Source: Myxococcota bacterium
Lineage (GTDB): Bacteria; Myxococcota_A; UBA9160; UBA6930
Direction: 5' to 3'
DNA: 64,000 nucleotides
Assembly: GCA_965223415.1 (NCBI GenBank)
Contig: OZ245002.1
Span: 512,001 to 576,000 of the forward strand
A program made the position numbers and the translations under genes. The notes beneath the pieces are model-generated. The model was not told where the DNA came from and made no database searches. It worked only from the letters and a program-made list of their open reading frames with translations. How positions within the stretch are numbered: position 1 is the first letter of the stretch; the number at the start of each line of letters is the position of its first letter. Of the stretch, positions 29,863-39,097 are shown piece after piece.

Positions 29863-30723
29863 CTAGAGGAGCTGCGTGTCCGGCTCTTCGACCACGGTGT
29901 TCTCGATCGCCCCGACGCCCTCGATCTCGACCCGCACCACGTCGCCGGCCACCAGCCACTTCGGCGGCTTCATCGCCACGGCGACGCCGCCGCAGGTTCC
30001 GGTCGAGACCACGTCGCCGGGCTCGAGGGTGAAGGCCGTGGAGAGGTGCTCGACCAGGTCGAAGCAGTCGAAGATCAACTCCTTCGTGTTGCTGTGCTGC
30101 CGCACCTCGCCGTTGACAAGGGTCTTGAGCTCGTGGCCCGAAGGCGTCCCACCCAGCTCGTCCGCCGTGACGAGCGCCGGGCCGAGCGGGCAGTGGGTAT
30201 CGAAGGACTTGCCCATCATCATCGTCGGCGTGCGCAGCTGCCAATCGCGCACGGACACGTCGTTGCAGACCGTGTAGCCCGCGATCACCTCGTGGGCACG
30301 GTCCTTCGGCACGTGGCGACAGCGCCGCCCGATCACGATGGCCAGCTCGCCCTCGTAGTCGAGCAGCTCCGAGACCCTGGGACGGTGGATCGGGTCGAAG
30401 GGCCCGACCACCGCCGTCGACTGCTTGTTGAAGATGATCGGAACGGTCGGCGTCTCGCGGCCGGTCTCGGCCACGTGATCCGCATAGTTGAGGCCCACCG
30501 CCAGGATCTTCGGCGGCCGCGCGATCGGGGCCTCGAGGCGAACGTCGGGGAGCGCGAGCTCGGGCCCCTCGGCACGGCCCGCCCGGGCCAAGGCGTCACC
30601 GCCGGCCTCCAGCAGGGCGAGCATCGTCACCGGGAGTCCGCTCCCGCCGAGATCGACGACGCTCTCGCCGTCCAACCGTCCGAGGCGGGTGGTGCCCGCG
30701 TGGGTGAAGCTGACCAGTCGCAT
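29863..30723 (-). CDS. Fumarylacetoacetate hydrolase family protein
   Basis: GLNYADH, LDYEGEL, NDVSVRDWQ, GKSFDT and TLEPGDVVSTGT motifs. Confidence 0.9.
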   Translation of the reverse strand: MRLVSFTHAGTTRLGRLDGESVVDLGGSGLPVTMLALLEAGGDALARAGRAEGPELALPDVRLEAPIARPPKILAVGLNYADHVAETGRETPTVPIIFNKQSTAVVGPFDPIHRPRVSELLDYEGELAIVIGRRCRHVPKDRAHEVIAGYTVCNDVSVRDWQLRTPTMMMGKSFDTHCPLGPALVTADELGGTPSGHELKTLVNGEVRQHSNTKELIFDCFDLVEHLSTAFTLEPGDVVSTGTCGGVAVAMKPPKWLVAGDVVRVEIEGVGAIENTVVEEPDTQLL

Positions 30724-30732
30724 GGGGGTCTC

Positions 30733-31389
30733 CTAGGGGGTGGGCGGGTTGCGGTTGAGGCGTTCGGCGGCGGCGCGGAGGCCCACCTCGAAGAGCTCGA
30801 TGGCAGTCCGAACGTCGAAGCTGTCTCCCTCCATGTGGCGGACCAGGAAGCCGCCGTCCGCCATGATCATGCAGAGATCGACGAGATGCTCGCGGGCCTT
30901 GCGGCGAGCCGCAGGCTCCTCGATGCGGAGGAGGGGCTCGACGCGGGCCGCCATCGCGGTCTTCAGGAGGTCGCGATACCCGGCCAGGGCCTCGGCCAGG
31001 CCCGGATCCACGTCGCGGCGCTCCAGGGCCAGCAGCATCATGAGTCGCACGTGCTCCGGCCGCTCTTCGATGCGGTCGGCGATGAACGAGGCCGGGACGT
31101 CGCCGCTCATCGCGAACTGCTCGTGGAACTGCTCCGCCGCGCGCCGCGCCACCGCCAGCACGAGCCCCTCCTTGCTCTCGAAGTGCCAGTAGAGCGTGGG
31201 CGGCACCACGTCCGCTGCCTTGCAGATGGCAGCGATGCGGGTGCCGGAGTAGCCGTGACGGCTGAAGAGCTCGGACGCGGCCTCGAGGATGCGCTCGCGA
31301 TTGCGCTCGGCGTCGGCCTGGCGGCCGGGCTTCAAGGGACCCTCGAGGGGCGGCCGGCGAGAGGAGCTCGGGTTTGCATCGGACGGCAA
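30733..31389 (-). CDS. TetR/AcrR family transcriptional regulator
   Basis: RERILEAASELFSRHGY...TLYWHFESKEGL HTH. Divergent from the SDR operon. Confidence 0.9.
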   Translation of the reverse strand: MPSDANPSSSRRPPLEGPLKPGRQADAERNRERILEAASELFSRHGYSGTRIAAICKAADVVPPTLYWHFESKEGLVLAVARRAAEQFHEQFAMSGDVPASFIADRIEERPEHVRLMMLLALERRDVDPGLAEALAGYRDLLKTAMAARVEPLLRIEEPAARRKAREHLVDLCMIMADGGFLVRHMEGDSFDVRTAIELFEVGLRAAAERLNRNPPTP

Positions 31390-31421
31390 GTCGCAATATA
31401 GTGACCGCTACAGAACTTGCC
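31385..31421. promoter_or_regulatory. Candidate TetR operator / divergent promoter
   Basis: Inverted repeat GGCAAGT-N23-ACTTGCC enclosing the imperfect palindrome TAGTGACCGCTA and an AT-rich AATATA. Confidence 0.4.
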
Positions 31422-31442
31422 ACCCGTCACGGGGAGACCTCC

Positions 31443-32222
31443 ATGGATCTCGGAATCGAAGGCCGCCGGGCCATCGTGTGCGCCTCCAGCCGCGGGCTCG
31501 GCCGGGCCTGTGCCACGGCCCTCGCCCGGGAGGGAGCGGCGGTCGTGGTGAACGGCCGCACCCGGGACACCTTGCAGGCCACGGCGAAGGAGATCGCCGA
31601 GGCGACCGGCGGCACGGTCAACCCCGTGGTGGGCGACCTGAACACCGAGGAGGGCCGGGCCGCCCTTCTGGCCGCCTGCCCGGAGCCCGACATCCTGGTC
31701 AACAACAACGGCGGCCCGCCGCCGACCCCGTTCCAGAACACGACCCGGGAGCAATGGCAGGACGCCCTCGAGTCGAACCTGATGGCGCCGCTGCTCCTGA
31801 TCCAGGCGGTGCTGCCGGGAATGCGGGAGCGGCGCTTCGGACGCATCGTGAACATCACGTCGGCCATGGTCCGCGCGCCGCACGCCGTGATGGGCCTCTC
31901 GACCACCGCGCGCACCGGGCTCACGGCCCTGTGCAAGGGGCTCTCCCGGGAGGTCGCGCCGGACAACGTGACCCTCAACAACCTGCTGCCCGAGCGCTTC
32001 GATACGGACCGGCAGCTCCAGATGGCCAATGTGGTGATGAAGCTGCGCGGAATCAGCTACGAGGAGGCGCGGGCGGAGCAGGCGGCGAGCATCGCGGCGG
32101 GCCGGCTCGGCGATCCCGCGGAGCTGGGCGATACCTGTGCCTTCCTGTGCAGCGCCCAGGCGGGCTTCCTCACCGGGCAGAACCTCTCCCTCGACGGCGG
32201 CACCTTCCCGGGCACGCTCTGA
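31443..32222 (+). CDS. SDR family oxidoreductase
   Basis: ASSRGLG, DILVNNNGGP, GRIVNITS and GQNLSLDGG motifs. GGGGAG RBS. Confidence 0.85.
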   Translation: MDLGIEGRRAIVCASSRGLGRACATALAREGAAVVVNGRTRDTLQATAKEIAEATGGTVNPVVGDLNTEEGRAALLAACPEPDILVNNNGGPPPTPFQNTTREQWQDALESNLMAPLLLIQAVLPGMRERRFGRIVNITSAMVRAPHAVMGLSTTARTGLTALCKGLSREVAPDNVTLNNLLPERFDTDRQLQMANVVMKLRGISYEEARAEQAASIAAGRLGDPAELGDTCAFLCSAQAGFLTGQNLSLDGGTFPGTL

Positions 32223-33919
32223 TGGGCGACACCGATGTCTCCACGCTGCCGGTCCTGATCGTCGGCGCCGGCCCGATCGGCCTCACCGCCTCGATCCTCC
32301 TCTCCCGCCTTGGCGTGGCCCACGAGATCGTCGAGCGACGCGACGCGCTCCATCAGTCGCCCCAGGCCCATGTGATCTCCGCTCGTACCCTGGAGGTCTT
32401 CCGGGCCGCCGGCGTCGATCCGGAAGCCCTGGCGGCAGTCTCGACCCCGGCCCAGGACACCGGCTGCGTCCGCTACGTGTACTCGCTGGCGGGCCCCGAA
32501 CTCGGCGTGCTCCCGATCGTCGATGCGGAGCGGGCCGCCAGCGTGCTGGACGCGACGCCCTGCGTGCCGACGAACATTCCCCAGCACCGGCTCGAACCGG
32601 TGCTGCTCGATGCCGCCGAGAAGGCCGGCGGGCACGTGCGTTTCGGGCACGCTTGGGAGGGCAGGGAGGCCGACGCGGAAGGCGTGACCTCGATTCTGCG
32701 CACGCCGGAGGGCGGGACCCGCCGCGTGCGCAGCCGCTACCTGCTGGGCTGCGACGGTGCCGGCAGCCGCGTGCGCAGGGCCCTCGGCATCGAGCTCGTC
32801 GGCCCCACCGAGCTGCAGCGCTTCGCGATGGTCGACGTCGCGGTGAACCTGCGGCCCGTGGTGGGGGAGCGCACCGCCCTCCTCTACTGGAGCCTCGACC
32901 CGGCCGAGCCCGGGGTGATGATCGCCCACGACCTGGGCGAGCGCGTCGTGTTCATGCTCATGCAGCCGCCCGGGCAGCCGACCCCGACCCCCGACCAGGT
33001 GCGCGAGCGGATCGCGGCCCGGATCGGCACCGAGACCCGCTTCGAGGTCCTCCGCGTCGACGAGTGGGTGATGACCGCCCAGGTCGCCGAGCGCTACCAG
33101 GAAGGTCGCGCGCTCCTGATCGGCGACTCCGCCCACCGCTTCCCGCCGACGGGCGGGCTGGGCATGAACACCGGCGTGGCCGACGCGTTCAACGCCGCGT
33201 GGAAGCTCGCGGCGGTGCTGGAGGGCCGGGCCGAGCCGTGGCTCCTCGACACCTACGGCGCCGAGCGCCGCGCCGTGGCCCAGGCCAACACCGACCAGAG
33301 CGTCGCCAACTTCCAGCAGACCGGACGCATCCTGGGCGCCCTCGCGCTGAGACCCGAGGACGACCTCGACGCCCAGCGGGCCTGGGTGCGCAGCCTTCCG
33401 GACGATCCGGAGCGGCAGGCCCGCCTCCAGCAGGCCATCGACGACGACGCACGACACTACGACCTGCTCGACCTGGACCTGGGCGCGCGCTACGGGAGCG
33501 AGGCCGTCGTCCCGGACGGAACGCCGGAGCCGGAGTGGGCGGCGGGCACCTACGTCGCCACGTCGCGTCCCGGCGCGCGGCTGCCCCACGCCTGGCTCGA
33601 GCGGGACGGCCAGCGCGTCTCGACCCTCGACCTGGTGCCTCTGGACCGTCCGCTCCTGCTGCTCGGTCGCGAGGGCGACGCCTGGACGCGAGCGGCGGAG
33701 GCGCTCGGCGTGACCACGGCGATGGTCGACGGCGAGCGCCTCGCGGACGCGGACGGCCGCTGGAGGGAGCTGCGCGAGGTCGGCGAAGACGGCGCCCTGC
33801 TCGTCCGCCCGGACCACCACGTGGCCTTCCGGGCAGCGTCGCTCCCCGGCGACCCGGCCGCGAGCCTGCGGCATGCACTCACCTCCGGTCTCGGCCGGCC
33901 CCTGGAGGCAACCTCATGA
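32222..33919 (+). CDS. FAD-dependent aromatic monooxygenase (PheA/TfdB-like)
   Basis: IVGAGPIG, GCDGAGS, GDSAHRFPPTGGLGMNTG, RPGARLPHAW and LVRPDHHVA motifs. Confidence 0.9.
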   Translation: MGDTDVSTLPVLIVGAGPIGLTASILLSRLGVAHEIVERRDALHQSPQAHVISARTLEVFRAAGVDPEALAAVSTPAQDTGCVRYVYSLAGPELGVLPIVDAERAASVLDATPCVPTNIPQHRLEPVLLDAAEKAGGHVRFGHAWEGREADAEGVTSILRTPEGGTRRVRSRYLLGCDGAGSRVRRALGIELVGPTELQRFAMVDVAVNLRPVVGERTALLYWSLDPAEPGVMIAHDLGERVVFMLMQPPGQPTPTPDQVRERIAARIGTETRFEVLRVDEWVMTAQVAERYQEGRALLIGDSAHRFPPTGGLGMNTGVADAFNAAWKLAAVLEGRAEPWLLDTYGAERRAVAQANTDQSVANFQQTGRILGALALRPEDDLDAQRAWVRSLPDDPERQARLQQAIDDDARHYDLLDLDLGARYGSEAVVPDGTPEPEWAAGTYVATSRPGARLPHAWLERDGQRVSTLDLVPLDRPLLLLGREGDAWTRAAEALGVTTAMVDGERLADADGRWRELREVGEDGALLVRPDHHVAFRAASLPGDPAASLRHALTSGLGRPLEATS

Positions 33920-34512
33920 GCTCGATTCCCGCTCCTGCCCGCGAACGCGGGCGAATCGCTCCCGCCAAGCTCGCCCACATCGTCCTGCGCACCACTTTCG
34001 AGCGCTTCGCGGCACTCGTGGCTTGGTACAAGACCGTGCTCGAGGCGAAGGCGGCCTTCGAGAACGCGGCCATCAGCTTCATGACCTACGACGAGGAGCA
34101 TCACCGCCTGGCCATCGTCGCCATCCCCGGCCTCGGCGAGAAGGTCACCCACTCGGTGGGGGTGGATCACGTCGCCTTCACCTACGCGTCCCTGCCCGAC
34201 CTGGTGGCGACCTACGAGCGCCTGAAGGCGGAGGGCATCACGCCCCGCACGGTGATCCACCACGGGCCGACGATGTCCCTCTACTACCTGGACCCGGATC
34301 GCAACCAGGTGGAGCTCCAGATCGACGTGTTCGAAAAGCTGGAGGACGCGGCGACCTTCTTGGCGTCCGGTCACTTCGAGAAGAACCCCATCGGAGCCGT
34401 CTTCGACTTCGAGGACATCTGCCGGCGCTACCACGACGGTGAGCCGGTGGAGGAGCTGATCCGCCCGATCGAGGGCCCGATCCCCGGACCGGACGCCTTC
34501 GGCGAACACTGA
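33916..34512 (+). CDS. VOC/glyoxalase family protein (extradiol dioxygenase-like)
   Basis: LAHIVLRT, YDEEHHR, DHVAFTY and HGPTMSLYYLDPDRNQVELQ motifs. Confidence 0.85.
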   Translation: MSSIPAPARERGRIAPAKLAHIVLRTTFERFAALVAWYKTVLEAKAAFENAAISFMTYDEEHHRLAIVAIPGLGEKVTHSVGVDHVAFTYASLPDLVATYERLKAEGITPRTVIHHGPTMSLYYLDPDRNQVELQIDVFEKLEDAATFLASGHFEKNPIGAVFDFEDICRRYHDGEPVEELIRPIEGPIPGPDAFGEH

Positions 34513-34535
34513 GCCGCCGGGGTACCTTCCCGGTC

Positions 34536-35600
34536 ATGACACTCGAACCCGCCGAACACAGCGCCGCGGGCCTGGACACGGCCTGGGCCGGCCTCGCCGC
34601 TCCGGGTAGCTGGTTCACCGGCGCCGAGCGCGTCGGGATCGCCCGCGAGGCACGCGCCGCCAGGGCCTGCGGGCTTTGCGCCGAGCGCAAGGCGGCGCTC
34701 TCGCCCTACGCGGTCGGCGGCGAGCATGCCTCCCCCGTCGTCGATGCGGTGCATCGGATCACCAGCGACCCGGGGCGGCTCAGCCAGAAGTGGTACGACG
34801 AGACGCTGACGGCGGGGCTCAGCGCCGAGCAGGTGGTCGAGATCACGGGAGTCGTCGGCGTCGTCACCGTGGCCGATACGCTGGCGCGAGCCCTGGGCCA
34901 GCCACTGCGCGAGCTACCTGTGCCCTCCGCCGGTGAGCCCGGCCGCACGAAGGTGCCCGGCGCCGTCGTGGCCGGGGGCTGGGTTCCGATGGTGGCCGTC
35001 GACCGTGCCGAGGGCATGGTCGGGATGGTCTACGAGCAGATCGGCCAGGCCGCGGGCTTCGTCTTCAACGTGGTGCGCGCCCTGACCTCGGTGCCCGAGG
35101 CGATGCAGGGCTTCTTCAGCGCCTTCGGGCCGAACTACCGCACCCACGGCCCGGTCGGCCCCGGCGGCCTCGACCGCCCGCAGGTCGAGCTGCTGGCGTC
35201 CTCCACCTCGGCGATCAACGACTGCTTCTATTGAACGGTCTCCCATGCATCGCTGCTCCGTGCGAGCGGCCAGCAGACCGGGACCGAGATCGACGTGCGG
35301 ATCGCGACGGGCCGGGCGACGAGCGTCGACGGCGGCGTGCCCCACGGCGAGGTGCTGCGCTGCTTCGCCGCGGCCGTGCTGGGCGACGGGGACGGGCTCG
35401 ACGAAGCCCGCGCGGCCTGCGTCGAGGCGGTGGGCGCGAGCGCGACCGTCCAGGCCGCCTCCATCATCGCGAGCTTCGACGGGATCAACCGCGTCGCCGA
35501 CGCCACCGGAATCCGCCTCGATGCGGAGACCGCCCAGGGGATGGGCGTGGGCATCACCGAGGAGCTCGAGCTCGGCGAGCTGGCCGCGGCCCGGGCTTGA
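34536..35600 (+). CDS. AhpD/CMD-like alkylhydroperoxidase-related selenoprotein (Sec at TGA 35232-35234, residue 233 of 354)
   Basis: ORFs 34536-35234 and 35295-35600 share a frame, separated only by one TGA. Readthrough gives QVELLASSTSAINDCFY-U-TVSH, the AhpD CxxC..H motif with Sec. SECIS-like hairpin downstream. Confidence 0.8.
35252..35270 (+). promoter_or_regulatory. Putative bacterial SECIS element
   Basis: Stem GCTGCTC/GAGCGGC (one G-U pair) with loop CGTGC (G at loop position 2). 24 nt lie between the UGA and the loop. Confidence 0.6.
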
Positions 35601-35601
35601 G

Positions 35602-36765
35602 CTACTCCCAGGCGATCCCGAAGCGCTTCACGTAGGCGCCGAAGCGCTCCTTCACGCCGGCGACGGAGAGGCCGTACTCCTCGAGGCCGTAGTCGTGACT
35701 GCCGTGGCGGCCCTTGGGATGGCTCTCCACCCGGGCGCGCATGGCCGCCTCGGCCCGGGGCTCGAGGGCGAGGCCGAAGTGGTCATAGATGCGCCCGGCA
35801 CAGGCGAGCCCGTCGGCAACGAAGTCGTCGTGGGTCACGTCCACGAAGCGGGCCGGGTCCAGGGCGTCCCGAGCGGCGAGGCCGCGCTCGAGGGAGGTCG
35901 CGTACCAGTCCATGACCACCGGGCCGAGCTCGGCCTTCTCCGCCCCCTCGCGGGTCGCCATCAGCGTATGGGTCATGCTGCAGATGGAGGCCACGGCGAG
36001 GAGTGGCGTGCGATGGCTCCAGACGATCGAGACGTCGGGGAAGGTGTCCACCAACGCGTCGATGCCCCACATGTGGGCCGGCGCCTTGAGCAGCCAGCGC
36101 TCGCCGGGCCGCTGCCAGTCGAGGAGCTGGAGGATCTTCTTCTGGTAGGCGTACATGCCGCGCAGATCGCGCTCCCGCAGCCAGCTGCCGTAGGGCTCCA
36201 TCATGCACTCGACGCCCATCTGCACGCCGGACAGGGCGTAGGCGTGGACCAGAACGCACTCCTCCGGCGTGTCCGCGCTCGTGTAGTGGATCTTGGTGAA
36301 CGCCGGGTTGACCTCGCGCCCCTTCGCGTAGTGGGCCTCGATCGCGTCGCGCCGGGGGTCGGGCGCGCCTCGGCGCTCCGGCGAGAAGCCGGGGAGCGGA
36401 TCCGGGAACTGAGTCTCCCACAGCCGGAGCGGGCGGGCGGCCGGATCCTCGCCCAGCAGGTTGAAGAGTGCCGAGGTGCCGGAGCGCGGGAGGCCGGTGA
36501 GCACCATGGGACGGGGCACCGGCCGCTCGAGCACCTCCGGGTGTTGCTTCCAGGCATCCTCCAGACGCAGCCGCGTCGAGAGGAGGTTCACCAGCCGGCG
36601 CTGGTTCCGCTTGCGACCCTTCTCGGTGTAGGGGTGGCCCTCGTAGGTGGCGATCAGGGCTCGAAGGCCGTCGCGGAAGTCCGGGTCGCCGAAGTCCGCG
36701 AGGCCCGTGGCCTCGCGCGCCGCGGCCAGCAGCGCTTCCTCGTCCAGGGCGTAGGGATCACCCAC
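35602..36765 (-). CDS. Sulfotransferase family protein
   Basis: PAPS-binding GLPRSGTS, WLLKAPAH and SHRTP..VASICS motifs. Confidence 0.85.
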   Translation of the reverse strand: MGDPYALDEEALLAAAREATGLADFGDPDFRDGLRALIATYEGHPYTEKGRKRNQRRLVNLLSTRLRLEDAWKQHPEVLERPVPRPMVLTGLPRSGTSALFNLLGEDPAARPLRLWETQFPDPLPGFSPERRGAPDPRRDAIEAHYAKGREVNPAFTKIHYTSADTPEECVLVHAYALSGVQMGVECMMEPYGSWLRERDLRGMYAYQKKILQLLDWQRPGERWLLKAPAHMWGIDALVDTFPDVSIVWSHRTPLLAVASICSMTHTLMATREGAEKAELGPVVMDWYATSLERGLAARDALDPARFVDVTHDDFVADGLACAGRIYDHFGLALEPRAEAAMRARVESHPKGRHGSHDYGLEEYGLSVAGVKERFGAYVKRFGIAWE

Positions 36766-37888
36766 GGGCGAGCTCCTCGCGGAGGTCGGCGAGGGCAACC
36801 AGCCGACAGCTGGGCTCCGGATGGGACTCGGCGCGGATCCAGCGCCAGCACATGGTGCCCTCGACGTGGCCACAGGGATCGAGCCAGTTGTCGCAGCCGG
36901 GATCCTCGTGGGCCACCACCACCCGGACCGACCCGTCGGACCGCGTGACCGCCGTGCCCTTGTTCAGGTGGATGTCGTGGTAGCGGTAGTCGAGGGACTC
37001 GAGCCAGTAGTTCGCGAGCTGGAAGTTCCAGTAGTCGCAGACCGGCGGGGTGGCCTCGATGACGAGGGCTTCACCCGGTCGGATGCGAAAGGCGCTGTGG
37101 TAGTAGGCGATGTTCGGATCGCCGCCGGCGGCGAAGGCCTTCTCGTGGGGGAAGCGCGGGAGCTGGTTCACGTGGGCCTGGAAGCCGTCGGACCAGTCCT
37201 TGAACAGCGTCGAGCAGCCCATCACGAAGCGGGCGGCGCCCTGCAGCATGCGGTCGAGGCGCGCGGGCTCGAGGGGCCGCGGCGTGGAGGGCCCGTCGAT
37301 GCGCTCGATCTCCACACGCGCCAGATCCTCTTCCCGATGGTGCACGCGGGTCTGGCGAATCTGGATCATGCGGGTCTCGGGCTTCATGGGCAGCCAGTTG
37401 ACGGCTTCGGCGGGCCGCTCCGCGGCGACCAGGATCTCGAAGCTGCCATCCGGCTCGAGGGCCAGGTCCTTGGCCTCGAGGTAGCCGGTCGTGTCCAGGC
37501 TCCCGGTCGCGCCGTAGTTGCCCGCCTGGGTGCCGAAGCCCAGATAGTGCACCGTCCCGCGGGTGCCGGTGATCCGGTAGGTGTAGGCACCGTTTACCGG
37601 CGCGTTCAGGTAGACGTTGTCCGGGTTGTCCATGCCCATCTTGATCGTGGGCCCCGTCGTCTGCTGGAAGGCCGGCGCCTGGGCGTCCGACGCCTCGACG
37701 AAGGTGTCGAGCGCCGCCCGGGTGAGCCGCGACAGGTAGCGCCAGCCCTCGGCGCGAACCAGCGGATCGTCCGGCGTGTCCCCGGCCAACACCGCACCCC
37801 CGGCTGCCTTCAACGTGTCACAGAACTCCTCCCAGCTCCGTCCGTCGACGACGCGCTGGAGGGCCTCCCGCTCCTTTTCTCGAGCCAT
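36758..37888 (-). CDS. DUF1214 domain protein
   Basis: GMDNPDNVY, YWNFQLANYWLESLDY and DPGCDNWLD motifs. Usual partner of this sulfotransferase type. Confidence 0.75.
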   Translation of the reverse strand: MAREKEREALQRVVDGRSWEEFCDTLKAAGGAVLAGDTPDDPLVRAEGWRYLSRLTRAALDTFVEASDAQAPAFQQTTGPTIKMGMDNPDNVYLNAPVNGAYTYRITGTRGTVHYLGFGTQAGNYGATGSLDTTGYLEAKDLALEPDGSFEILVAAERPAEAVNWLPMKPETRMIQIRQTRVHHREEDLARVEIERIDGPSTPRPLEPARLDRMLQGAARFVMGCSTLFKDWSDGFQAHVNQLPRFPHEKAFAAGGDPNIAYYHSAFRIRPGEALVIEATPPVCDYWNFQLANYWLESLDYRYHDIHLNKGTAVTRSDGSVRVVVAHEDPGCDNWLDPCGHVEGTMCWRWIRAESHPEPSCRLVALADLREELARG

Positions 37889-37918
37889 CGTGCGAGCTTA
37901 ACGCAACACGGGGGACGT

Positions 37919-39019
37919 TCAGATGTCGAGGACGGTGCGGACGCCGCGGCTGGCGCGAAGGTCGTCCATGGCCTGGTTGATCTCGGCGAGGGGACGCCGG
38001 GCGGTGATGAGGGCCTCGAGGTCGAGGCGACCGGCCTGCCAGAGGGCGATCAGGCGCGGGACCTCGAGGAGGGAGTTGCAGCTTCCGAGGAGCGAGCCCA
38101 CGAGCTTCTTGCCCGAGACGGGGACGAGCGCGGCGGGGGCGAGGGTGATGCTCTGGTCGACGGGGGGCGCGCCGATCGCGACAACGGTGCCGCCGTTCCG
38201 AGTGGCGTTCCAGCCGCTCTCGACCAGGCTGGCGAGGCCGGCAGTCTCGAAGGCGTAGTCGACGCCGATGCCTGCGGTGAGGTCGCGGCAGGCGGTCGCC
38301 ACGTCGTCGCCCGTCGGGTCGAGCTGGTGGGTGGCGCCGAACAGCTTCGAAGCCTCGCGCCTCTCGGCGACCGGATCGGAGACGATGATCTGCGCCGCCG
38401 ACGCGAGCCGCGCGCCCTGCACCACCGAGAGACCGATGCCGCCGAGCCCGAGCACGAGCACCGTCGCGCCCTCCACTACCTGCGCCGTATTCAGCACCGC
38501 GCCGACTCCCGTCTGCACCGCGCAGCCGATCACGCACGCCACGTCCAGCGGCACCTCCTCGGGGATCTTCACGGCGCCGTTCGCCAGCGTGACCGTGTAC
38601 TCGGCGAAGCCCGCGACGTTGAGCCCGCGGTACACGGAAGTGTCGCCGCGGGAGAGCCCGGTGGAGCCGTCCGAGAAGGTGTTCGTCATGATGCTTGTGG
38701 AGTTGACGCACAGGCTCCACTCGCCGCGCGTGCACCAGTAGCAGGTGCCACAGGGCGGGCACGGCGTGAGCACGACCGGATCGCCGGGCGCGTGGGAGGT
38801 GACGCCCGCGCCCACCTCCTCGACGACGCCGGCGGCCTCGTGGCCCAACACCAGGGGCAGCGTGCCGGGCACGGCCCCGTCCACCACGGTGAGGTCCGAG
38901 TGGCAGATCCCGCAGTTGCGGACGCGGACCTTCACCTCGCCGGGACGGGGGTCGCGGATCTCCACGTCGTCGACGACCGCGAGAGGCTGGCCCTGGGTCT
39001 CGAGCAGTGCTGCGCGCAT
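37919..39019 (-). CDS. Zinc-dependent alcohol dehydrogenase (class III-like)
   Basis: GICHSD, GHEAAG, CGTCYWC, GCAVQTGVGA and GLGGIG motifs. Confidence 0.9.
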   Translation of the reverse strand: MRAALLETQGQPLAVVDDVEIRDPRPGEVKVRVRNCGICHSDLTVVDGAVPGTLPLVLGHEAAGVVEEVGAGVTSHAPGDPVVLTPCPPCGTCYWCTRGEWSLCVNSTSIMTNTFSDGSTGLSRGDTSVYRGLNVAGFAEYTVTLANGAVKIPEEVPLDVACVIGCAVQTGVGAVLNTAQVVEGATVLVLGLGGIGLSVVQGARLASAAQIIVSDPVAERREASKLFGATHQLDPTGDDVATACRDLTAGIGVDYAFETAGLASLVESGWNATRNGGTVVAIGAPPVDQSITLAPAALVPVSGKKLVGSLLGSCNSLLEVPRLIALWQAGRLDLEALITARRPLAEINQAMDDLRASRGVRTVLDI

Positions 39020-39097
39020 GGCGATGTCCTCCGGCCCCGCAGGGTAGCCCCGGATTCCCGGCTGCCGCCGCCGCGGCGAGCGCGGTAGGATCGCACC

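Noticed and set aside
29857..29865. In-frame TAG between the FAH and SnoaL genes as pyrrolysine/readthrough
   Set aside because: FAH is complete and the next gene starts with its own signal peptide. No pyl genes are present.
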